Positions 28,510 to 40,164 of a DNA stretch of 43,191 nucleotides are shown here, in pieces. Origin of the DNA: an uncultured archaeon (GTDB taxonomy: Archaea > Asgardarchaeota > Heimdallarchaeia > Heimdallarchaeales > Kariarchaeaceae). The notes beneath the pieces are model-generated. The model was not told the origin of the DNA. It was given only the letters and a program-made list of their open reading frames with translations, and did not search any database. The stretch spans positions 1-43,191 of the forward strand of contig CAZYCQ010000025.1 of the NCBI GenBank assembly GCA_964645535.1. Direction: 5' to 3'. The first letter of the stretch is position 1; every line of letters begins with the position of its first letter. The position numbers were made by a program, and so were the translations under genes.

Positions 28510-29259
28510 GTGGAAATTATTCTTTCACATTCTTTCAAAGGAGGCAGCGGAAAAACTACGATTAGTGTAAACTTTGCAAAATTGCTTGCCTCAAAAGGAA
28601 AGGTCCTCCTTCTTGAAGCAGATTTCAAGATGCCGAGTCTCCACCATATGTTTCCCGAGATTGAAACCGAGGTGTTCTTCAATGACTATCTAAATGGTAC
28701 CCATACCTTGACTGAAGTAACCAACTCAATTGAGCGGGACGGACAAAGATTCGACATTGTCTTTGTTAACAAGAAATTCATTCCTTCCGAGAAGATCCAT
28801 TCTTCGGACAGGAGTTGGTTTCTTAATATGCGAGATTCCCTGTTTGCGGATCTGAAACGCAATGAATACAATTATGTCATTTTTGATCTTGCTCCAGGGA
28901 TCTCTTTCTTCACATTGACCATTCTAACCATTTCCGATATCGTTCTCTCCGTAGTGAGACCAGATTTCCAATCTGTAAAAGGGATGGAAATGCTTTTGGA
29001 AAACTTCTACAAACGAGCCATAAGCAGTTTGGCAGTACAATTCCATCTTATCTTCAATCAGGTTCCAAATCATCCAAAAATGCAAGACCTTATTGCAGAT
29101 TGGATCATGGCAATGAAAATCAAATATCCACAAATCTCCTCATTTTCAAATATTGAATATGATACAGAGGTTGCCTACAGATCTGCAATTCAAGAGATAT
29201 TTTTGCCAGATGATTCAAATGCCATGAAAAAATTGAAGGAAATCGCATCCATTCTTTGA
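28510..29259 (+). CDS. ParA/MinD family ATPase
   Basis: Deviant Walker A KGGSGKTT, LLEADFKMPSL, YVIFDLAPG, LIFNQV. Confidence 0.9.
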   Translation: MEIILSHSFKGGSGKTTISVNFAKLLASKGKVLLLEADFKMPSLHHMFPEIETEVFFNDYLNGTHTLTEVTNSIERDGQRFDIVFVNKKFIPSEKIHSSDRSWFLNMRDSLFADLKRNEYNYVIFDLAPGISFFTLTILTISDIVLSVVRPDFQSVKGMEMLLENFYKRAISSLAVQFHLIFNQVPNHPKMQDLIADWIMAMKIKYPQISSFSNIEYDTEVAYRSAIQEIFLPDDSNAMKKLKEIASIL

Positions 29260-29260
29260 T

Positions 29261-30034
29261 TTACCAGAATTTCTCATAATGGATTTCTTCTTTGGGCCAG
29301 CCAAGAGAGAGCATGACCTCTTCCATAGTTGTCAGCATGGATGCAGGTCCGCATCCATAGACAGTTGCAATTTCAGACCCAGGCTTCTGCCATCTTTCAA
29401 CTTGTTCTCTGATCATGTCTGCGTTGATTCGACCAGTTAACCCAGGCCATGTATCCTTAAGTTTATCTTCCAATCTCGTAAGGGTATGAACAACAGTAAC
29501 ATTAGGGTTCATCCGTTCAATCATCTGGATCTCGTCATGGAATACTATGTCGCGGGGAGTTTTGTTAGAGTAGAGAAGGAGGAAACGACGATCAATTTTT
29601 TCTTCAGTGCTCCATCTGAGCATGGACATTAGAGGGGTGATACCAACACCAGCACCTATGAGAATGATATCATTGGTTCGTTCCATATCGAGGGTGAAAT
29701 GCCCATAGGGTCCGCGTAATGTCCAAGAGGAGCCTTCCTTCAATGTCCACATGTGGTGGGTGAAGACACCATATAATTTAATCGTAAGGTCAAGATAAGG
29801 GGAATTTGGTGAAGAGCTAATGGAATATGCCCGATTTGCCTTCCCAAAGACTTCAGGGAAGAAAACCATCACAAATTGTCCAGGAATAAAGGTCCAACCT
29901 TCAGGCTTTTCAAAACGGAAGGTTTTGACATCGGGGGTTTCCTCAATTATTTCCAATAACTCAGTTTCCCATTTAATTGCCCGAGGGCGTTTTCTTTTGC
30001 GTTCTTCCATTCGGGGTTCTGGTGACAATGCCAT
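29261..30034 (-). CDS. Ferredoxin-NADP reductase-like FAD/NAD(P)-binding oxidoreductase
   Basis: FIPGQF, RAYSISS, GPYGHF, GAGVGITP, CGP, terminal EKFW. ATG 30034 preferred. Confidence 0.92.
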   Translation of the reverse strand: MALSPEPRMEERKRKRPRAIKWETELLEIIEETPDVKTFRFEKPEGWTFIPGQFVMVFFPEVFGKANRAYSISSSPNSPYLDLTIKLYGVFTHHMWTLKEGSSWTLRGPYGHFTLDMERTNDIILIGAGVGITPLMSMLRWSTEEKIDRRFLLLYSNKTPRDIVFHDEIQMIERMNPNVTVVHTLTRLEDKLKDTWPGLTGRINADMIREQVERWQKPGSEIATVYGCGPASMLTTMEEVMLSLGWPKEEIHYEKFW

Positions 30035-30236
30035 ATAAACTGCCTCTATGGTTAACTTACTTTCTTTTGGGGGATTAACCTTATTAAATGATATGAATAT
30101 AACGCTCGCCTTATGCAAAGAAACATATGAATTTGATTGATTCCAATATAGCTTCAAATCTTAAACTCAGATTATTGACATGAAAAATATGTGGTTTTTT
30201 GAATTCAAGTTGATGATAAGGTAAGTAATTTCGGGA

Positions 30237-32474
<2,238 letters not shown>

Positions 32475-32536
32475 TTAATTCCCTTAATTTCTTTTAAATG
32501 ACTAGCTTAGAATGGAATATTTTTCAATTGTTTTCA

Positions 32537-32685
32537 GTCCTCATTACGATCCAAAAAGCCAAAATCCGAGAGGTGTAGCGAAAAGCAACACGTTAAGACT
32601 GTGAAAACAGGCACCGATTTTCATGGCAAGAGCCAATTTTAGTCTACTTACGAAATAGTTAAAACAAAGCGTGAGGATTTGTCCT
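32537..32685 (+). ncRNA. Candidate structured RNA or leader between cdc48 and aIF2-beta
   Basis: CTGT-GAAA-ACAG GNRA hairpin (32599-32610), GTGTAGC/GCAACAC, AAAATC/GATTTT, closing GTCCTCAT/GTGAGGAT stem. Unverified. Confidence 0.3.
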
Positions 32686-32686
32686 T

Positions 32687-33118
32687 GTGAGTGAATACTG
32701 GAAATCATATGATTATGAAGAGGCATTGAAAAGGGCACGTAGCAAATTACCCCAGATTGTTGCCGATGATGACTCTCGGTTTGAAATTCCAAAAGTCAAT
32801 TCAGAGATTGAAGGGAACCGGACATTCATCAACGGATTTAAGGCATTGGCCAACGCGATCAACCGGAAAGAACAGCATCTCCTTAAATTTTTCTCAAATG
32901 AACTGGGAACTTCTGCCAACATTGAAGGAAACAGGGCTATCCTTCAAGGAAAACACCCACGTGCATTGATACAGAAGGCTTTTGAAAGGTATATTCAACT
33001 CTATGTTCTCTGTGCCACCTGTGGAAAGCCCGATACCAAGCTTGAATTGCATGATCGGATAATGATGATGAGATGTGAAGCATGCGGTGCACAGGCAGCT
33101 GTCAAGGCCTTGAAGTGA
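32687..33118 (+). CDS. eif2b: Translation initiation factor 2 subunit beta (aIF2-beta)
   Basis: YEEALKRA, RFEIP, GNRTFING, HLLKFFSNELGT, CATCGKPDT...CEACGA. Confidence 0.96.
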   Translation: MSEYWKSYDYEEALKRARSKLPQIVADDDSRFEIPKVNSEIEGNRTFINGFKALANAINRKEQHLLKFFSNELGTSANIEGNRAILQGKHPRALIQKAFERYIQLYVLCATCGKPDTKLELHDRIMMMRCEACGAQAAVKALK

Positions 33119-33125
33119 TGGTCGG

Positions 33126-33425
33126 ATGTTTTACCTTAAGATCCATGAAATCAATGGTCAAAAGTTAATTGCCATCTGTGACAAGGAGATCTTAGGAAAA
33201 GTCATACCCCACAATGGCGTCAAATTGAAAATCCGAGAGGCATTTTATGGAAACATTGAATATGATGCGGATGAGGTGCTTCAGGAGTTAAAATCATTTT
33301 CTCAGTTGAATGTCTTTGGAGAACGAATTGCTAAATTGATGATCGAGGAAAAAATTGTACATCCAGATGTCTTTTTATGGATTGAATTTCATGGGAAAAA
33401 GATTGGTCACGCAATGATCATGTAA
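33126..33425 (+). CDS. DUF424 family protein
   Basis: LKIH, LIAICDKEILGK, FYG, NVFGER, HAMI; a common neighbour of aIF2-beta in archaea. Confidence 0.85.
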   Translation: MFYLKIHEINGQKLIAICDKEILGKVIPHNGVKLKIREAFYGNIEYDADEVLQELKSFSQLNVFGERIAKLMIEEKIVHPDVFLWIEFHGKKIGHAMIM

Positions 33426-35376
33426 GACTGTTCGACCAACTGTCAGGAATATCGCCTTTCATTCTCCATTCACTTCGGGGGGAAAGGGAAATCGAAGTTA
33501 CTTTGGGACCTTCAGGCATTGAAGAACGTTTGAATTGGTTGTGGAAAAATCTGCTGAGGAAAATCTTGAGCCACTGTCGGATATCTTCATCTTGAAATCG
33601 CCCTTTGAAGGCTTGTATGGCAAGAAATTCAATTTTAGGAGGAGAAAATTGGTTCTTGACAAAGTGGTAGAGGAAGAAATCATGCAATTCATATGGCCCA
33701 ATGATTTCTTCGGTCTTCTGTTTTAACTCCCCATCGGAAGGGACAAGTTCAGGACTGATGGGAATCGATAAAATTTGTTCCAAGACCATTTGCTGCTCAG
33801 ACGTGGATTTGTATGCCGCATACCATTTGATGAGGAGTTGAACCAAAGTTTTTGGAATTGAGGCATTAACTGCATAAGAACTCATATGATCTCCATTATA
33901 GGTCATCCATCCAAGAGCAATCTCCGAAAGGTCTCCAGTACCAATAAGGATGCCCTTTTCTTTGTTTGCAACATTGAAACCGATTTGGGTTCGGATTCTG
34001 GCCTGCAGGTTTTCAAACACGGCACCTTGCGTTTCTTTAAGCCCAATGGCATTCATTTCTGCTTCAACAAGTTCAATAATTGGAATTTCTTGGAGTGCAA
34101 TATCGAATGCCTTACAGAGGGACCTAACCAATGAAAGAGTTGTGGAGGAAGTACCCGGTCCAGGAAGAGTCAAAGCGATAAGTTGGGATTTATCCCCTTG
34201 TACTATGGAAAGAGATTCTAAGGCAACTAGAAATGCCAATGTGGAATCCACACCACCACTTAAATTGAGAATCAACTTTTCGGATCCTGATCGTTGAAAC
34301 CGTTTTGCCAAACCATGAGATTGAATGGAAAAGGCCTCTTGCAAGAATTCCCTCACTAATGGACTTTTTAGGGTATCGAAAATGTCTTTGGCAGAGGGAT
34401 CATATGGGAGAAATGGAAACCGGTTAATCGGGCGTTTTGTCAGTTTCAGTTTCGGTAACATGCCAATCTTGACTGATATCTTGAATGGATTGCGAATGTC
34501 AACCGTTCGCCGCACAGCCTTCTTCCAAGTTGTGTTTCGTATTCTTTTCAATTTCACCAATTGGACATCAATATCCCCGTAGAGAATTTCATTTTGGGAG
34601 AAAGGAGGATTTTCAGTAATCTTCTCTCCGAGTTCATAAATTAATGAATGACCTGCAAACACCATTTCTGCGGTTGATTCTGACAAGCCTGCGGAAACAA
34701 AACAATATGCACACATCAACTTGTCAGAAATTATCTTGACCAACTCATTACGATGTAACGCCTTGCCAATTATTTCATTACTTGCAGAAAGATTGACAAT
34801 CACCTCTGAACCAGAAAGACAACTTAGTTGAGAAGGAGTGAGGGGAGACCATAAGTCTTCGCAGATTTCCAATCCCAGAGCAAGGTCAGATTCTGCATCC
34901 TCAAAAATCAATTCGTTCCCCATAGGGATATTTCCCAATTCAGGAATAAAAATAAGTCTGTTGCCCTTAGGGGCATCTTCGAAGTAGATGTCTTCCTTGA
35001 ATTCGTTATAGTTGGGCGGGAAGGTTTTGATGAAATATCCTACCATTCTCCCTCCGTTGAAGACAGCTGCACCATTAAAAAGAGTTCCATTTTGCGAAAG
35101 TGGAACCCCTACAATTAAAAGATGATCAGGATATTTTTTAGAGAAAACAGCTAGATCCTGTATTGCCAAGATGGCCTGTTCTTGAAGATATGCGTTATGA
35201 AAAAGATCGTCACATGAATAGCCAGTCAAAGAAAGTTCGGGGAATGCAATAATTCGTGCACCATTACGAGATGATTCTTCAATCAGTTTTTTGTGTTCCT
35301 TAAGGTTATGCACAACATCGGCTACCTTAAGGGAGGGGACGCAAAGAGCCAATCTGACAAATCCAAAAGCAGACAT
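33418..35376 (-). CDS. nadE: Glutamine-dependent NAD(+) synthetase (nitrilase plus synthetase domains)
   Basis: FPELSLTGY, KTFPPNY, EICEDLW (E-K-C triad), LSGGVDST, ENLQARIR, GTGDLSE, ISPEL, NQFKRS. Confidence 0.96.
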   Translation of the reverse strand: MSAFGFVRLALCVPSLKVADVVHNLKEHKKLIEESSRNGARIIAFPELSLTGYSCDDLFHNAYLQEQAILAIQDLAVFSKKYPDHLLIVGVPLSQNGTLFNGAAVFNGGRMVGYFIKTFPPNYNEFKEDIYFEDAPKGNRLIFIPELGNIPMGNELIFEDAESDLALGLEICEDLWSPLTPSQLSCLSGSEVIVNLSASNEIIGKALHRNELVKIISDKLMCAYCFVSAGLSESTAEMVFAGHSLIYELGEKITENPPFSQNEILYGDIDVQLVKLKRIRNTTWKKAVRRTVDIRNPFKISVKIGMLPKLKLTKRPINRFPFLPYDPSAKDIFDTLKSPLVREFLQEAFSIQSHGLAKRFQRSGSEKLILNLSGGVDSTLAFLVALESLSIVQGDKSQLIALTLPGPGTSSTTLSLVRSLCKAFDIALQEIPIIELVEAEMNAIGLKETQGAVFENLQARIRTQIGFNVANKEKGILIGTGDLSEIALGWMTYNGDHMSSYAVNASIPKTLVQLLIKWYAAYKSTSEQQMVLEQILSIPISPELVPSDGELKQKTEEIIGPYELHDFFLYHFVKNQFSPPKIEFLAIQAFKGRFQDEDIRQWLKIFLSRFFHNQFKRSSMPEGPKVTSISLSPRSEWRMKGDIPDSWSNSLT

Positions 35377-35412
35377 TCAAACCCCCTAATGCATTGAACT
35401 TCTTTAATCCTC

Positions 35413-36243
35413 TCAAAAGTTTACATACATTTTGAATGTTTCAACCAACTCAAACCCAAATTTTGTGTCTACTGTTTGCCTATCACCTTCATCATAGACG
35501 AGCATGGAATCACATCTCTCTTGAAGTTCAATATTCGCAAGCAGGATGTTTCCATAATTGGGTTTGAAAGAGTCAGGAGGTGTCAGAAGATAGAAGACAG
35601 AGATTCCTTGTTCATTATTGGGGAATTTGGTCGGAACAGTTATGGCACAGGCTAAAAAATTCTCATAGTAATCCTCTAAAACCCAAAATTTCCCATCGAA
35701 TAGGTGAAGAAGAGCTCGTGGTATTCTTTCCACAATTGAGGAATGTGAATTGACACCCTTCATCGAATAGAATGTCTTTTGGGTATTCTTGATCAATCCT
35801 GGAAGCAGGTCTAAGCGCTCGTACATTCTTTCAACCTTGCCTCTTTGCGAGAAGGAGAAAGTCTTTACGGAAAGTGGGGTGTCAAGTATCTCATCCAAAA
35901 TAAGTGGATCCATACCCGTTTGTTTATGGAAAATCGATAGTGATTGCATGGTTTTGGAGAAACCAATGTCATTCAAAATCGGAGCCGCCGTCAAGGCAAA
36001 TCTTGAAGGGACATAGACTCGTTTAGAATCTTTGATAAGTTCCAAGGTTCCCTCGGAAATTGGATTAGCATTTTCTTCAAGGTTAAGTATGAAAAACCCC
36101 CCCTCAGGAGAGTCATCTCGCAAAATGCGGAAACCTTCCTCTACTTGATCAAAAGAAAATCCTCTGAGGGCTTCTGCTACTTCTTGTAAGATCATTCTCA
36201 GATTCCCAAACGCCACATCCAATGAAGGGACCATAGTTAACAT
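35413..36243 (-). CDS. Hypothetical protein, possible degenerate tandem GNAT fold
   Basis: Two GNAT-like terminal motifs (ILNDIGFS, TKFGFELVET) and NYGNILL. ATG 36243 or 36234 avoids overlap with the upstream gene. Confidence 0.55.
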   Translation of the reverse strand: MLTMVPSLDVAFGNLRMILQEVAEALRGFSFDQVEEGFRILRDDSPEGGFFILNLEENANPISEGTLELIKDSKRVYVPSRFALTAAPILNDIGFSKTMQSLSIFHKQTGMDPLILDEILDTPLSVKTFSFSQRGKVERMYERLDLLPGLIKNTQKTFYSMKGVNSHSSIVERIPRALLHLFDGKFWVLEDYYENFLACAITVPTKFPNNEQGISVFYLLTPPDSFKPNYGNILLANIELQERCDSMLVYDEGDRQTVDTKFGFELVETFKMYVNF

Positions 36244-36286
36244 CTGTATAAAAGCTTTAATTGAGTTTCTCAGGGAGTAGAAAAAA

Positions 36287-36676
36287 CTATTTGACTTTTT
36301 CAATAAGAAGATCCACAGTCAATCCGAGGTGTGTGATCAATTCTTCCAAGGTTTTTTGTTGGTCATCAGGAACTTTTCCAAGATAGGTTTCCTTGTGAGG
36401 GAGGGAAACATCCTCAAGGTAGAGGGAAATGGAACCGCTGCTTCCATGTAAGCTTAGGTCATATTTCTTGAAGCTCGATTGTAGAGCTTCATTCTTCCCC
36501 TTGACAGGAGTGGTTAAAATGAGTTTTCCATCTCTTTTGATTGCTCGACCCCTGATCGGGAGGGAATCAAGTAGCCGTTTCGAAGTAAATGGGATATAGG
36601 ATCGTCTCAACGGAATAACAATTGAGGATTGTCCTTCGAAGGTAAGTTTTATGGTATATTCTGAAATCCCTTCCAT
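36287..36676 (-). CDS. Cyclophilin-like fold protein (DUF369/TM1367-like)
   Basis: PFTSKRLLDSLPIRGRA...LILTTPV...YLGKV matches the family pattern. Confidence 0.7.
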   Translation of the reverse strand: MEGISEYTIKLTFEGQSSIVIPLRRSYIPFTSKRLLDSLPIRGRAIKRDGKLILTTPVKGKNEALQSSFKKYDLSLHGSSGSISLYLEDVSLPHKETYLGKVPDDQQKTLEELITHLGLTVDLLIEKVK

Positions 36677-36906
36677 CAAAGCATCTACCTATTAATTGCA
36701 TAAAACATTAGTCACTTCATCCTGAAATTTTCACAAGGGGGCAGGAAAGGAAAGATATCTTAGCCAAATAGGAATGCCGAATTTGATGGATAGATCAACC
36801 ATTTAAAGACATTGAACAAATCATCTAACGATAATCATTTTAATACTTAAATCAGAGACAAATCAGTGCAGGTAATTCTGCAAAATGAGAACCACTAGAA
36901 AAGGAT

Positions 36907-38403
36907 GTGACGAATATAGCAAGCCGATTCTTAAGTATGTTTAAATTATTTTTGCCGTTGACTATCGAGGTCAAGAAACCGGAAAAACAGCCATCATTCA
37001 ATAGAAAGGTAATGTATACCTTGATGGCCTTGGTGCTTTACTTGATCATGCTCTCAGTCCCTGTTTATGGACCTGGGGATTTGAGCAACCAAGAAGACCC
37101 CTTCTTCGCCCTAAGAACCATATTGGCATCGCAGAGGGGAACCCTAGCCGAATTGGGAATCGGGCCGATCGTCACAGCAGGAATGATACTCCAACTGCTT
37201 GTTGGTTCTCGAATAATCAGTGTAGATTTCCAAGATTCAGAGGAAAGGGCACTTTATACTGTTTCACAGAAAATCATGGCAATCCTGATGACTGTCTTTG
37301 AGGCAATCGCCTATATTTCAGGTGGAGCTTATGGAGACCTCAGCGGACAGATTGGCATTCAAACCGCAATCGTCGTGCAGTTGACGTTGGCTGGAATTGC
37401 AATCATGCTTATGGATGAGTTAGTTCAGAAAGGCTATGGATTGGGATCAGGAATTTCCCTCTTCATTGCCGCTTCAGTCAGCTTTCATGTTGTAAGAGGG
37501 ATGCTCTCCCTAAATGACGTAACTGATCCGACATGTCCAACTCTCGATACGGATCCCAGAAGTTGCCAATACAATCAAGGAGCTTTGATTTTCTTTTTCC
37601 AAGCTCTAGCCAGAGGAAATGTGTATAGGGGGTTATGGCATCCAGACATTCCGAATTCTCCCGACATGTTCAATCTATTTGCAACCATACTGGTTTTTGC
37701 AGTGGTGATCTATTTTGAATCCATGAAAATAGAGATTCCTGTTCAGCATTCGGAGTACAAAATGCCAGCAAGATATCCCATCAAATTCCTGTATGTGAGC
37801 AACATCCCAGTCATTCTTGTATCTGCACTTTTCGCAAATGTTTACCTCGTAAGCAGGTTGATGAACAATCGTTATGGTGCAGATGATACTCCATTAGGTG
37901 CACTTTCTCGTTTCCTCGGGAGATGGGAAGCTTCTGATGCAGGAGGAGGTCAACAGCAACAAGTCCCAACAGGTGGATTAGCATCATTTACCACCCCACC
38001 AAGAGGTATCCTAGGAGTGGCACATAATCCAGTTCAAGCAATAGGATATCTTGTTTTGATGGTAATTCTTTCAACTGCATTCGCCATGGTGTGGGTTGAA
38101 ACAGCAGGGATGTCTGCAAGAAATGTGGCAGAACAATTAATTGGTGCAGATATGCAGATTCCAGGGTTCAGAAGGAATCCTAAAAGCATTGAAAAATATC
38201 TCAACAATTATATTCCATACGCGGCATTCTTAGGAGGTGTATTTATTGGACTGCTCGCAGCATTGGCAGACTTCATGGGAGCCATTGGATCAGGTACAGG
38301 AATTCTCCTCACTACGGGCATTATCCGCCAATATTATGAAATCCTAGCAAAAGAGAAATTGGCAGAAATCAATCCAAATCTTGCAGGACTGCTTGGACTT
38401 TAA
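36907..38403 (+). CDS. secY: Preprotein translocase subunit SecY/Sec61alpha
   Basis: About 10 TM; GTLAELGIGPIVTAG, DELVQKGYGLGSGISLFIA, YPIKFLYVSNIPVIL, IPGFR, GSGTGILL. Confidence 0.97.
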   Translation: MTNIASRFLSMFKLFLPLTIEVKKPEKQPSFNRKVMYTLMALVLYLIMLSVPVYGPGDLSNQEDPFFALRTILASQRGTLAELGIGPIVTAGMILQLLVGSRIISVDFQDSEERALYTVSQKIMAILMTVFEAIAYISGGAYGDLSGQIGIQTAIVVQLTLAGIAIMLMDELVQKGYGLGSGISLFIAASVSFHVVRGMLSLNDVTDPTCPTLDTDPRSCQYNQGALIFFFQALARGNVYRGLWHPDIPNSPDMFNLFATILVFAVVIYFESMKIEIPVQHSEYKMPARYPIKFLYVSNIPVILVSALFANVYLVSRLMNNRYGADDTPLGALSRFLGRWEASDAGGGQQQQVPTGGLASFTTPPRGILGVAHNPVQAIGYLVLMVILSTAFAMVWVETAGMSARNVAEQLIGADMQIPGFRRNPKSIEKYLNNYIPYAAFLGGVFIGLLAALADFMGAIGSGTGILLTTGIIRQYYEILAKEKLAEINPNLAGLLGL

Positions 38404-38420
38404 TTCAACAACACAATTAT

Positions 38421-40085
38421 CTACAAAACATTTCCATCATCGTTTTTGAGCAATACCTTCCGTAATAGTGGAATTGGAGGAGCACCAAAGCTTAAAAGAT
38501 CATCGTGGAACTTTTTAAACGAGAAGTCGTCAGGATGTTCCACCATATAATCTTCCCTCAATTTTTCGATCATCAGCTTACCTAAAGCATAATTCAGATA
38601 CCCAGGGTCATATGTTCCTCTGAAAGCCTCACTCTCAGCAGGTTTTTTCTCCATGAAAGCCTTTTCCATGAACAGTTTGGTACCATCTTCCACGGTAAAG
38701 GTATCTGTCGTATGATATTTGATGGCACAGATAAGTCTGACATTTCTGATCAATGTTTCAATGAGTTGAGCTATACGGTATTCATCATCCCCTTTCTGGA
38801 AGCCATGTTCCCACATTGCCTCTTCGACATACAATGCGTAACCTTCCCAAAAATGGTAAGCTCCGAATAACTTTGCCATAAGTGATTTGGAGCGCTGGTT
38901 ATGCAAATGGTGGAGATAGTGGCCAGGATAGGCTTCGTGGACACAGATATCGAGCAGTTGCTTATAGTTGAACACAGTAAGCCATGATTCCTGCTCTTCT
39001 GGACTCCAAGAGTTATCAGGTGGTGTAATGTAGTAGTAACTGTCCGTTGCCTTGGTTTCTAGGGCGCCAGGGGTGTCCATTGCTGCAAAGGCCCAATCCC
39101 GGAAGGGTTTGGGAGTAGGAATGACTTTGGGCATGACCATGGAAGGTACACTGACAAATTCCGTTTCGATAAGAAAATCCCTAATACCTTCGAGCATTTG
39201 TTGGGTTTCAGATATTAAGTTCTCTTTTGTAGGATGGTTAGATTTTATTTTTTCAAGGATTTCCTGGGGCGTTTTGGCAGGATCGATTCTCTTTGCCGCT
39301 TCAAGGAGTTCAGTCAAGTTTCTTTCGAGATTTTTCATCCCAGCGTCAAGTATTTTTTCTACAGGAGTAGCAACTCTTTCATTTGCCCATAGCATCTGCT
39401 GGAAGTTTTCCTTGCCCATTCGGAATGTTCCCTTGGGGTCACCTTTTTCCAAAAAGGCAACGTAGTCATTCAAGGCCTCTTTAGCCACTTGTGCTTTCTT
39501 TTGCACTAAATCAAGCGTTTGTTCTTTGACAGAACCTTGATCCGGAATTAGTGTCTTTATTTCATCAGCAATGTTATCAAAAAAATCTACCATGCCTTTT
39601 AACATGGAAAGTGTCATGGTTACATGCTCTTTGGCAATTTTTGAGAAATCAAGGTTTTTTCGGGCGTCCTCATACACTTTTGGGAGTTGACCCAGATATG
39701 CCGCTAATTCCTGTATTCTTTGTTCCAATGGGGCATATTGTTTCAGGAGATAATCAAAGATAAAGGCGGGGCCAGCATATGTCATTGGATTTGTCTTATG
39801 TGATTCAAGAACATCATATGAAAACAGGAGAGAGTCAATATGGTTTAACATGACCCAAAGATCAATTTTTGCAACGTCATCAAGTTCATTTTCATCGATT
39901 TCTTCTGCTCTTGCCTTCATGTTCCTCAAAAAGAGCCTTGTAGCGTCCAGCCTTTCCATTGAAAAGTCCGGTACAATACCAGCGTATTCTCTCCAACCTG
40001 CACTAAATACGGATGATGGAAAAAATACAGCATAACCCCTGAGGAATTCATGCATCAAATTTTCGAATTTGGTCTGTCCATTCAT
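38421..40085 (-). CDS. DUF885 family protein (putative zinc metallopeptidase)
   Basis: HEAYPGHYLH, FWEGYALYVE, PGYLNYALGK, FHDDLL. ATG 40085 avoids overlap with udp. Confidence 0.9.
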   Translation of the reverse strand: MNGQTKFENLMHEFLRGYAVFFPSSVFSAGWREYAGIVPDFSMERLDATRLFLRNMKARAEEIDENELDDVAKIDLWVMLNHIDSLLFSYDVLESHKTNPMTYAGPAFIFDYLLKQYAPLEQRIQELAAYLGQLPKVYEDARKNLDFSKIAKEHVTMTLSMLKGMVDFFDNIADEIKTLIPDQGSVKEQTLDLVQKKAQVAKEALNDYVAFLEKGDPKGTFRMGKENFQQMLWANERVATPVEKILDAGMKNLERNLTELLEAAKRIDPAKTPQEILEKIKSNHPTKENLISETQQMLEGIRDFLIETEFVSVPSMVMPKVIPTPKPFRDWAFAAMDTPGALETKATDSYYYITPPDNSWSPEEQESWLTVFNYKQLLDICVHEAYPGHYLHHLHNQRSKSLMAKLFGAYHFWEGYALYVEEAMWEHGFQKGDDEYRIAQLIETLIRNVRLICAIKYHTTDTFTVEDGTKLFMEKAFMEKKPAESEAFRGTYDPGYLNYALGKLMIEKLREDYMVEHPDDFSFKKFHDDLLSFGAPPIPLLRKVLLKNDDGNVL

Positions 40086-40164
40086 CAATTCCGTAGGAAT
40101 TTTACCGAACTTAAAGTTCAACAATGGGGAAGTGATTTGTTGAAAAGCTTTGCTCACAAATTGA

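Noticed and set aside
30035-30157. N-terminal extension of the FNR-like ORF
   Set aside because: AT-rich, promoter-like DNA; the family domain starts after ATG 30034.
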